Source: Trueperaceae bacterium
Lineage (GTDB): Bacteria > Deinococcota > Deinococci > Deinococcales > Trueperaceae
DNA length: 64,000 nt
Reading direction: 5' to 3'
NCBI GenBank assembly: GCA_034521815.1
Contig: JAXHLW010000013.1
Location: 1,344,001 to 1,408,000 of the forward strand
Numbering within the stretch: the stretch's first letter is position 1; every line of letters starts with the position of its first letter. The notes beneath the pieces were generated by a model, which worked only from the letters and a program-made list of their open reading frames with translations, was not told where the DNA came from and did no database searches. The position numbers and the translations under genes are program-made. This document shows positions 46,729-54,935 of this stretch, one piece after another.

Positions 46729-48074
46729 CCTCGGACGTCGACGACGACCAGCTCGTCCGCGACGACGAGCTGGTGCGAGCCGCGCTGGCGCAGCTTCGCG
46801 CCAACGACGTCGGGACGTTCGTGAAGCCGGCCGAGCGGCAGTACCCGCACCAGTGGAACTGGGACGCGGCGCTGGTCGCGCTGGGCCTCGGCCTGCACGA
46901 CCCCGAGCGGGCACGCCTGGAGGTGCGCTCGCTGCTGCGGGGCGCGTGGCGCGACGGCATGGTGCCGCACATCCTGTACCACCTCGGCGCCAGCGACTAC
47001 CGCCCGGCCCCCGACTTCTGGCGCACCGAGCAGCGCCACCCGGCCGGCCTGCCCACCTCCGGCCTGAGCCAACCGCCGATCCTGGCCAGCTGCCTGCACC
47101 GCCTGCACGCCCTGTCGCCCGACGGCCAGGAGACCGCCTGGCGGGAGTTCCTGGCCGAGACCTACCCCGCGCTGCTGGCCTGGCACCGCTGGTGGCACCG
47201 CGAGCGTGATCCGGAGGGCCGCGGCCTGGTCGCGATCGTGCATCCGTGGGAGTCCGGCACGGACGACGCGCCCCGCTTCGTCCCGGCGCTGACCCGGTTG
47301 CGACCGACGACGGTTCCCGAGTTCGTCCGCGGCGACCGCACCCACGTCCCGGCCACCGAGCGCCCCAGCGACGACGACTACGCGCGGTTCGTGCACCTCA
47401 TCGACGTGTACCGGACGCTCGGCTGGGATCCCGCCGCCGTCTGGCGCGAGGCGCCGTTCCGCGTCGTCGACCCGTTCGTGAACGCGGTCCTGCACCGTGC
47501 CGACGGCGACCTGGCGTCGATCGCGCGCCTGCTGGGCGAGCCGACCGACGAGATCGAGGCGTGGCTCGACGCGACCCGCCAGGCGTACCAGGGGCTGTGG
47601 AGCGACGACGCGGGCACCTTCCTGGCGTGGGACGACCGGGCCGAGACCTCGCTCCCCAGCTCCGGCATCGCCGGCTTCGCGGCGTTGTGGGGCCGGCTCG
47701 CGACCCCGCTGCAGGTCGAAGCGCTGCGCGCCGCGTTCGACGACCCCGCCGGGTACGCGCCCGTGGGTCCGGACGGCGTCAGACTGGCGACCGTGCGCCA
47801 CGACGATCCGCTGTTCACGCCCAGACGCTACTGGCGTGGACCGGTGTGGATCGTCACGAACTGGATGGTGGCGGACGGCTTCGACGCCGCCGGCATGCAC
47901 GACGCGTCCGCCACGCTACGCGCCGACGCGCTGTCCCTGACCCGCAGGCACGGTTTCCACGAACACTACGATCCGACGGACGGCACGCCGGGAGGCGCGC
48001 GCGGGTTCTCGTGGAGCGCGGCGCTGACGCTGGTGCTGGAGCGCGAGGCACGCCCCGCGCAGCTGGAGTCCTGA
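46725..48074 (+). CDS. GH63-type (alpha/alpha)6 hydrolase, mannosylglycerate/glucosylglycerate hydrolase-like
   Basis: YPHQWNWDAA, GMVPHI, TSGLSQPP, HPWESGTDDAPRF, YWRGPVW, GFHEHYDP, FSWSAAL. Confidence 0.85.
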   Translation: MTSDVDDDQLVRDDELVRAALAQLRANDVGTFVKPAERQYPHQWNWDAALVALGLGLHDPERARLEVRSLLRGAWRDGMVPHILYHLGASDYRPAPDFWRTEQRHPAGLPTSGLSQPPILASCLHRLHALSPDGQETAWREFLAETYPALLAWHRWWHRERDPEGRGLVAIVHPWESGTDDAPRFVPALTRLRPTTVPEFVRGDRTHVPATERPSDDDYARFVHLIDVYRTLGWDPAAVWREAPFRVVDPFVNAVLHRADGDLASIARLLGEPTDEIEAWLDATRQAYQGLWSDDAGTFLAWDDRAETSLPSSGIAGFAALWGRLATPLQVEALRAAFDDPAGYAPVGPDGVRLATVRHDDPLFTPRRYWRGPVWIVTNWMVADGFDAAGMHDASATLRADALSLTRRHGFHEHYDPTDGTPGGARGFSWSAALTLVLEREARPAQLES

Positions 48075-49338
48075 GTGCGCGCGCTCCACCTCGCGACCCG
48101 CCTGGCCGGAACCGACGGCGTCTCGCTCGAGGCGACCAAGGTGGCCCGCGTCCTGGCCGAGCACGGCTTCGAGCGGCTGGACTGCGCCGGCGAGGTCGAG
48201 ACGCCGGGCGCGATCGAGGTGCCCGAGATGCACTTCCGCGATCCGCTCGCGCTGCGCCTGGGCGCCCGCGCGTTCGCGGACGACACGCCCGATTCCGCTC
48301 CCGACCCCGCCCGACCCCGCGCTGGACCGCGAGCTGGACGAGGCGGCCGACCGGCTCGGGGCGCGGCTCTTGGGCGTCGTTCGCGACGTCTCGCCCGACC
48401 TCCTGGTCGTTCAGAACGCCTGGGCCATCCCGATGCAGCTGCCGCTGGCAGGCGCCCTTGCGCAGGTGGCCGAGGCCACCGGCCTCCCGACGCTGTCGCA
48501 CGAGCACGACTACGTTTGGGAGCGCGAGCGCTTCGCGCGAACGCGCATACGTCCCTGGCTGGATCGCTTCTTCCCCTACGACGGACCGAGGATCCGGCAC
48601 CTGGCGATCAACTCGCCGGCGCGGGACGAGCTGCGCGAGCGCCGCGGCATCGACGCCACGGTCGTCCCCAACGTGATGGACTTCGGCGCGCCCACGCCCT
48701 CGCCGGAGCGCGAGGCCGAGGTCCGTGCCGAGGTCCGGGCCGCGCTGGACCTGCGCGCCGGGCAGCGGCTGATCCTCCAGCCCACCCGCGTCGTGCCTCG
48801 CAAGGGGATCGAGCTCGCGATCGAGCTGCTGGCCCGGCTGGACGACCCGCGCAACGTGCTGGTGATCAGCCACGCCGCGGGGGACGAGGGGACCGAGACG
48901 CTGCAGCGGCTCCAGGCGCAAGCCCGGCGTACGGGCGTGGACCTGCGCTACGCCGCCGAGCTCTTCGCTCCGGAGCGAAGCGCCGGCCGCTTCGCGCTGG
49001 ACGACGCCTACCTGGCCGCCGACGTCGTGACCTACCCGAGCCTGGTCGAAGGGTTCGGGAACGCCCTGCTCGAAACCATCGCGTACCGCAGGCCCGCGGT
49101 CGTGAACCGGTACCCCGTGTACGTGCGCGACATCGCGCCGACCGGCGTCCGCTTCGTGGAGCTGAACGGCCGCGTGGACGACGCATCGGTGGACGCGATG
49201 CGCCGGCTCCTGAACGATCCCGCAGCGAGGGAGGCGATGGTGGAGCACAACCATGCTGTCGCGAGCCGCGCCTTCGGCCTGCCGGCGCTGCGCGAGCGGC
49301 TGGCCGGACCGTTGCGTTCGCTGGGGCTGGCGGCATGA
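48075..49338 (+). CDS. GT4 glycosyltransferase, mannosylglucosylglycerate synthase (MggS)-like, frameshifted (+1) at a 10-bp duplication (48301-48320)
   Basis: N-terminus RLAGTDGVSLE. ORF 48370..49338 continues with HEHDYVWERERF, HLAINS, VVPNVMDF, LQPTRVVPRKGIE, TYPSLVEGFGNALLE. Confidence 0.8.
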
Positions 49339-51086
49339 CCCGTCGCTCGACCGACCGCACGCCCGGGGACGCGACCGGCGACGCGACCGGCCGCGCCGAC
49401 GACGCGATCGGGCGCGAGGCGCGCGCGGTGTACGGCGACCGCGGCGACGCCGTCGCGGACGCGCTGCGAGCGCTCGCGGCCCGGTTTCGAGCCTCGGCCG
49501 ACCACGAGCCGGTCCCGCCCGCGCGACGGATGACCGAGGACGATTCGATCCTGATCACGTACCCGGGTGCGATCCGCCGGCCGGACGAGGCGCCGCTGCG
49601 GACGCTGGGCAGCTGGCTGCGCGGCCCGCTGGCGAACACCGTGTCGACCGTGCACCTGTTGCCGTTCTACCCCTGGTCGTCGGACGACGGCTTCGCGGTG
49701 AAGGACTACCGCGCCGTCGCGCCTCAGTACGGCTCGTGGGACGATGTGCACGCTCTTCGCAACGATCATCGGCTGATGGTCGACGCGGTCGTGAACCACG
49801 CCTCCGCCCAGGGCGACTGGTTCGACCGGTTCCTTCGTGACGAGGCCCCGTACCGCGACTGGTTCCGAACCGAGGCCCCCGACGCCGACGTCGCCGCGAC
49901 CGTGCGGCCTCGAACCACGCCGCTGCTCACGCCGTTCGAGACCGCCGCCGGTCGCCGCTGGGCCTGGACGACGTTCGGCCCCGACCAGGTGGACCTGGAC
50001 TACCGCGAGCCCAGCCTGCTGCTCGAGATCGCCGGCGTCCTGCTGGCATACGTGGGCCACGGCGCCGAGGTGCTGCGCATGGACGCGGTGACGTACCTCT
50101 GGAAGGAGCTGGGCACGCCCAGCGTGCACCACCCGAAGACGCACGGGCTGCTGCGCCTGATGCGAGCGGTGCTGGAGGAGGCCGCGCCCTGGGTCGTGCT
50201 GTTGACCGAGACGAACGTGCCGCACGCAGAAAACGTCTCGTACTTCGGCGATGGCCGCGACGAGGCGCAGATGGTGTACAACTTCGCGCTGCCACCGCTG
50301 ATGCTGCACACGGTCGCATCGGGCGACGCCACGGTCCTCCGCGACTGGGCGGGCACGCTGGGCACCCCGAGCGACCAGACCTGGTTCCTGAACTTCCTGG
50401 CCAGCCACGACGGGATCGGCGTCCGACCGGTCGAGGCGCTGCTTCCCCGCTCGGCGGTGGACGCCCTGGTGGACCGCACGCGCAAGCAGGGCGGCGGGCT
50501 GGGCCGAAAGCGGAACGCCGACGGGACCGAGAGCACCTACGAGCTGAACGTGAACTACTTCGACGCGCTGTGCGATCCGGACCACGAGGAGCGTCTGGAC
50601 CGTCAGGTGGACCGCTTTGCGGCGGCCCACGCCGTGATGGCCGCGCTTCCGGGCGTGCCCTCGGTGTACCTGCACAGCCTGCTGGGCTCGCGTGGCTCCC
50701 CCGAGCTGGCCGCACGCCACGGCGTCCCGCGGGCGGTGAACCGAGCGCAATTGGACTCGGAGACCTTGAGCCGCGAGCTGGCCGATCCGCGAGGTCGACG
50801 CGCTCGCGTCCTCGCCGCGATCCGAGCGCTACTCCGGGCGCGCCGGGGTCGGCCCGCGTTCCACCCGAGCGCTCCGTCGACGGTGCTGGACGCGCCACCG
50901 GGGGTGTTCGCCGTTCGGCGTGGCGTCGAGGAGCGGACCGTCACGTGCATCCAGGAGCTGGCCGGGCGGGACGCGACGGTCCGCGTCCAGCGAGGCGGAC
51001 GCGAGCTGCTCAGCGGACGCCAGATCGAGCCCGGTACCGTTCCGGTACGCCCGTACCAGGTGCTCTGGATCGACGACACCGGCTGA
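49335..51086 (+). CDS. GH13_18 sucrose-phosphorylase-family enzyme, probable glucosylglycerate phosphorylase
   Basis: HLLPFYPWSSDDGF, VVNHAS, WTTFGPDQVDL, RMDAVTYLWK, LTETNVPH, FLASHDGIG, TYELNV. The ETN and YELN loops are the type described for glucosylglycerate phosphorylases. ATGA overlap. Confidence 0.85.
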   Translation: MTRRSTDRTPGDATGDATGRADDAIGREARAVYGDRGDAVADALRALAARFRASADHEPVPPARRMTEDDSILITYPGAIRRPDEAPLRTLGSWLRGPLANTVSTVHLLPFYPWSSDDGFAVKDYRAVAPQYGSWDDVHALRNDHRLMVDAVVNHASAQGDWFDRFLRDEAPYRDWFRTEAPDADVAATVRPRTTPLLTPFETAAGRRWAWTTFGPDQVDLDYREPSLLLEIAGVLLAYVGHGAEVLRMDAVTYLWKELGTPSVHHPKTHGLLRLMRAVLEEAAPWVVLLTETNVPHAENVSYFGDGRDEAQMVYNFALPPLMLHTVASGDATVLRDWAGTLGTPSDQTWFLNFLASHDGIGVRPVEALLPRSAVDALVDRTRKQGGGLGRKRNADGTESTYELNVNYFDALCDPDHEERLDRQVDRFAAAHAVMAALPGVPSVYLHSLLGSRGSPELAARHGVPRAVNRAQLDSETLSRELADPRGRRARVLAAIRALLRARRGRPAFHPSAPSTVLDAPPGVFAVRRGVEERTVTCIQELAGRDATVRVQRGGRELLSGRQIEPGTVPVRPYQVLWIDDTG

Positions 51087-51197
51087 CCGCCGGTCCGACG
51101 TCCGCTTCCGTCCGCCCGTGCGACTCCGCTCTCGCGGGTGTACCGATTCGCGGGTACCCACCGCGCCTCAGGCCTCGTCGGCGTGGTCCCCTCGGGC

Positions 51198-52364
51198 ATG
51201 GACGACAAGCGGATCGGCACCCGCGCGGTGCACGCCGGGGCCGGCCTGGACCCCACCACCGGCGCGCACGCGACCCCCATCGTGCAGACCTCGACGTTCG
51301 GCTACCGCTCGTTCGCGCGGGGCGAGCGCCTGTTCGCCGGCGACGAGGAGGGGTACCTGTACAGCCGCGTCGGCAACCCCACCGTCGCCGCGTTCGAGCG
51401 CTCCCTCGCGGACCTCGAGGGCGCCGAGGCCGCCGTGGCCTTCTCGAGCGGCATGGCCGCCATCGCGGCGCTGGCGTTCACGGTGCTCGCGCCGGGGCAG
51501 CGGATCGCCTACCTCGGTCCGCTCTACGGCGGCTCGGAGGGGCTGTTCCTGGACGTCCTGCAGCGCTTCGGCGTTCCCGTGCGGGCGGTCGGCGCGGACG
51601 ACCTGTCCCACGGCCTCGAGGCCGACACCGGCATGGTCCATCTCGAGACGCCGACCAACCCCACCCTGCGCCTGCACGACCTCCGCGCTGCGGCCGACGC
51701 CGCGCACGCCGTGGGCGCGCTGTGCGTCGCGGACAACACCTTCTCGACACCGATCCTGACGCGGCCGCTGGAGCACGGCGTCGACGTCGTGGTGCACTCG
51801 GCCACGAAGTACCTGGGCGGGCACGGCGACGCCCTGGGCGGCGTGCTGGCCGGCCCGGCCGAGCTCATGGGCGAGATCCGCATGGAGGGGCTCCGGCACC
51901 TCGGCGGCGCGCTGGGTCCGCTCGAGGCGTTCCTGTTCATCCGCGGGCTCAAGACCTTGCCGCTCCGCATGGAGCGCCACTGCGCCAACGCTCGGCGCGT
52001 CGCCGAGGCGTTGCACGGCCACCCCGCGCTCGCGGAGGTGCACTGGCCCGGCTTCGAGGACCACCCCGAGCACGCCCTGGCCCGCCGCCAGATGGCCGAC
52101 TTCGGCGGCATGGTGGCGCTGGAGCTGAAGGGCGGCAAGCCCGCCGCCGCGCGCTTCCTGGACCGCCTGACGCTGTTCACGCAGGCGGTCTCGCTGGGCG
52201 ACGTCGAGTCGCTGGCCACGCACCCGGCCAGCACCACCCACCAGCTGCTGGACGAGACGCTGCGGCTGGAGCAGGGCGTCACCGACGGGCTGGTACGACT
52301 CTCGGTCGGGATCGAGGATGCGGAGGACCTGGTGGAGGACGTGCTGCAGGCGCTGTCGGGCTAG
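51198..52364 (+). CDS. PLP-dependent trans-sulfuration enzyme (methionine gamma-lyase / cystathionine gamma-synthase family)
   Basis: PIVQTSTF, YLYSRVGNPT, FSSGMAAI, ETPTNPTL, DNTFSTP, HSATKYLGGHGD (PLP lysine), AVSLGDVESL, RLSVGIED. Confidence 0.92.
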   Translation: MDDKRIGTRAVHAGAGLDPTTGAHATPIVQTSTFGYRSFARGERLFAGDEEGYLYSRVGNPTVAAFERSLADLEGAEAAVAFSSGMAAIAALAFTVLAPGQRIAYLGPLYGGSEGLFLDVLQRFGVPVRAVGADDLSHGLEADTGMVHLETPTNPTLRLHDLRAAADAAHAVGALCVADNTFSTPILTRPLEHGVDVVVHSATKYLGGHGDALGGVLAGPAELMGEIRMEGLRHLGGALGPLEAFLFIRGLKTLPLRMERHCANARRVAEALHGHPALAEVHWPGFEDHPEHALARRQMADFGGMVALELKGGKPAAARFLDRLTLFTQAVSLGDVESLATHPASTTHQLLDETLRLEQGVTDGLVRLSVGIEDAEDLVEDVLQALSG

Positions 52365-52483
52365 CGCGCGCCGAGGCGTGGCGGCTACCACGCGATCACG
52401 ATCGGCCGAGAACGCCCGATCGGTGAACACGCCTTCACGCCCCTCGGACATCGATCGTCCTGCAGCGATGCTAGGTTTTCACC

Positions 52484-53764
52484 ATGCGCGATGCCACCGA
52501 ATATCGACGTCTTGCCGCGACGCTGCGTTGGTCTGGCCTCTTCGCCGCGGCCATCTTCGTCGTGGGCCTCACCGCCTGCAGCTCGCCGTTCGAGGGGTTC
52601 ACGCCCGACACCCAAGCGCCGACCCTGTACCTGTCTGGCGTGAGCGACGGCGACGTCATCACCACCAGCGAGGTGACGCTCACGGCCGTCGCGACCGACG
52701 ACCGCGGTGTCGCCTCCGTTCGTTACAGCGTTAATGGAAGCACGACGACCGCCTGCGACGCCTTCGGCGGCGACACCTGGTCGTGCGCCTCGATTCCGCT
52801 GACCATCGGAGCCAACACCATCGAAGTCACGGTCCGCGACGACGCCGGGAACGCTACGTCGCGCTCGCTCACCGTCTACTACCAGCCGCCCACGGACGCG
52901 TCCGGGTTCAACATCGAGGTCGTGTACTTCGACCAGTCCTACAGCGCCAGCCAGCTCGAAGCGTTCCAGCTCGCTGCCGACCGTTGGGAGAGCATCGTCG
53001 TCGGGGACCTCGAAGGCTTCCCCCTGAACCAGCCCGAGGGCGGCAGCTGCAATGTCGGTGAACCCGCCTACGACGACACCGTCGACGACCTGCTGATCTT
53101 CGTCACCAGCTTCACCGACGAAGCGGGCGGGCTACTCGGCGAGGCCGGCCCCTGCCTCAGTCGAACCAACGGCGACGACGCCGGCACCAACGCCGTGGGC
53201 TACATGCGGTTCGACACCGAAGACCTCGACGTCCTCGAAGCGGACGGCAACCTCGTCGAGACGATCGTGCACGAGATGGGCCACGTCCTCGGCATCGGAA
53301 CGAACTGGGAGTGGTCCTACCACGACCTTCTCGACTACCAGGCGAGCGGCAGCTCGCCGGACTGCGCGAACGCCGGTGGCTTCGTCACACCGCCCAGCTA
53401 TACCGGAACGAGCGGCAGAGACGCCTGGCTGGATCTGGGCGGATGGGGTCGGCTCCCTGTCGAAGAGTCGGGCGGGCTCGGCACGCAGTGCGGGCATTGG
53501 GACGATGCGACGTTCGGGAACGAGCTCATGACCGGCTTCCTCGATGGCGGCATGGTCAATCCGCTCAGCCAGCTGACCGTCCGCTCCCTCCGAGACATCG
53601 GCCTCACTGTCGACGTCTCCGCGGCCGATCCGTACACCCTCCCTTCCGGCGCTTTCCTGAGAACCCAAGGCGGCTTCGACATCGCCGCCGCCGAGATTCT
53701 GGTCCCGGCACGAGGCACCATCGACCCCGCCACCGGCGAGATCGTCATCTTCCCCGACCGCTAG
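52484..53764 (+). CDS. Lipoprotein with Ig-like domain and leishmanolysin (M8)-like zinc metallopeptidase domain
   Basis: Lipobox LTAC; Ig-like [16 protein letters not shown]...[71 protein letters not shown]. Confidence 0.8.
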   Translation: MRDATEYRRLAATLRWSGLFAAAIFVVGLTACSSPFEGFTPDTQAPTLYLSGVSDGDVITTSEVTLTAVATDDRGVASVRYSVNGSTTTACDAFGGDTWSCASIPLTIGANTIEVTVRDDAGNATSRSLTVYYQPPTDASGFNIEVVYFDQSYSASQLEAFQLAADRWESIVVGDLEGFPLNQPEGGSCNVGEPAYDDTVDDLLIFVTSFTDEAGGLLGEAGPCLSRTNGDDAGTNAVGYMRFDTEDLDVLEADGNLVETIVHEMGHVLGIGTNWEWSYHDLLDYQASGSSPDCANAGGFVTPPSYTGTSGRDAWLDLGGWGRLPVEESGGLGTQCGHWDDATFGNELMTGFLDGGMVNPLSQLTVRSLRDIGLTVDVSAADPYTLPSGAFLRTQGGFDIAAAEILVPARGTIDPATGEIVIFPDR

Positions 53765-53842
53765 CGAAGACCGCAGCCCAGCCCGCTTCCACCGCGTCCC
53801 CTGTCATTCGAGTGGGTCGCGGTGGTGTGGTAGGAACGGGCC

Positions 53843-54256
53843 ATGCACGCCCACCACGTCGCCGCCGTCGCCGTCCTCGTCATCCGGGACGGTCGCGTCC
53901 TGGCACTGCGGCGCTCACGAAACAAGGACGCCGCGCCCGGCGTGTGGGAGGCCCTCTCGGGCCGGCTGGAGCCGGGCGAGGATCCGCACCCCGCCGCGGT
54001 TCGCGAGGCGCTCGAGGAGACCGGGCTGACCGTGGACGTCGAGCGCAGGCCGTGGACCGCGTACGCCGCCGACCGCGCGGGCGAGCCGATGCTGGTGGTC
54101 GTGTACCGAGGGACCCCCGTCGCCGGCGAGCTGACGCTCAGCGACGAGCACGACGACCACGCCTGGCTGGACGCCGACGCGTTCGCGGCCAGGAGTCCGC
54201 TGACGGCGCTGGTCGAGGCGGTCAGGACGGCGCTTGCGGCGCCCGCGCCACGGTAG
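53843..54256 (+). CDS. NUDIX hydrolase
   Basis: Nudix box [33 protein letters not shown]. Confidence 0.88.
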   Translation: MHAHHVAAVAVLVIRDGRVLALRRSRNKDAAPGVWEALSGRLEPGEDPHPAAVREALEETGLTVDVERRPWTAYAADRAGEPMLVVVYRGTPVAGELTLSDEHDDHAWLDADAFAARSPLTALVEAVRTALAAPAPR

Positions 54257-54363
54257 TCGTCCGCACCGCCTGCCCGCCATCGCGAACGTCGATCGGTCAC
54301 CCGCACGCGATCTCCGTCCGACGACGGAGGACGGAGTCGACGGCGCGTCGTACGCTCGCCGGC

Positions 54364-54690
54364 ATGATCATCACGACCACCTCCACCCTGCAGGACCGAT
54401 CCATCGCCGACTATCTGGGCCTCGTCTCCGGCGAGGCGATCCTGGGCGCCAACGTGTTCCGCGACTTCTTCGCCGGCATTCGCGACATCGTCGGTGGGCG
54501 CAGCGGCGGCTACGAGCGCTCGCTGCGCGAGGCGAAGGAGATCGCGATCCGCGAGATGGAGGTCGCCGCCCGCGAGCTGGGGGCGGACGCGGTGATCGGC
54601 ATCGACCTCGACTACGAGAGCATCCAGTCGGGCTCCGGCGGCAGCATGCTGATGGTGTCGGCGTCCGGCACGGCGATCCGGCTCGGCTGA
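54364..54690 (+). CDS. YbjQ/UPF0145 family protein
   Basis: [51 protein letters not shown]...[13 protein letters not shown]...[10 protein letters not shown]. Confidence 0.93.
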   Translation: MIITTTSTLQDRSIADYLGLVSGEAILGANVFRDFFAGIRDIVGGRSGGYERSLREAKEIAIREMEVAARELGADAVIGIDLDYESIQSGSGGSMLMVSASGTAIRLG

Positions 54691-54721
54691 CCTGAACTCG
54701 GCTGACCTGAACGACGACGCT

Positions 54722-54750
54722 TTGACACCGCGCCCTGCACGGGCTAGGCT
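54722..54750 (+). promoter_or_regulatory. Sigma-A promoter of the aspS leader
   Basis: TTGACA (54722-54727), 17-bp spacer, TAGGCT (54745-54750). Confidence 0.8.
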
Positions 54751-54757
54751 CCGTGGC

Positions 54758-54844
54758 ATGCTCGCCCTGGGCCCCCACCTCGCGTACCGCACCGTCCCGA
54801 ACCTTCGGGACGACAATTCGCGTGTGGGGGGCCTCGGGGCGTAG
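54758..54844 (+). CDS. Putative leaderless attenuator leader peptide (28 aa, Asn/Asp cluster)
   Basis: MLALGPHLAYRTVPNLRDDNSRVGGLGA*. ATG lies 7 nt after the -10 box; AAC CTT CGG GAC GAC AAT at 54800-54817. Confidence 0.6.
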   Translation: MLALGPHLAYRTVPNLRDDNSRVGGLGA

Positions 54845-54866
54845 GGCGCCGTCGATCGACGCGTTG

Positions 54867-54897
54867 GACCCCCGGGGCTCGGCTCCGGGGGTCTTTT
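54867..54897 (+). terminator. Intrinsic terminator (attenuator) in the aspS 5' leader
   Basis: GACCCCCGGGGC-TCG-GCTCCGGGGGTC-TTTT, downstream of the promoter and 38 nt before the aspS ATG. Confidence 0.8.
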
Positions 54898-54935
54898 CGT
54901 TGGATCGGTCCGCGAGCCCAGGAAGGTAGGTCGGC

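Noticed and set aside
48075-51086. Apparent 1003-aa glycosyltransferase-phosphorylase fusion
   Set aside because: Residues after about 48310 are out-of-frame read-through. The GT4 body is ORF 48370..49338 and the phosphorylase has its own ATG at 49335.
51087-51197. SAM riboswitch upstream of the trans-sulfuration gene
   Set aside because: No SAM-I core (ATC…GAT, GGCAACC, GTGC…AA) is recognisable in the short intergenic region.
54751-54900. T-box riboswitch upstream of aspS
   Set aside because: I could not find the T-box GGTGG-N-ACCGCG sequence before the terminator, nor Stem I AG/GNTG motifs. A leader-peptide model fits better, though an Infernal search is still needed.
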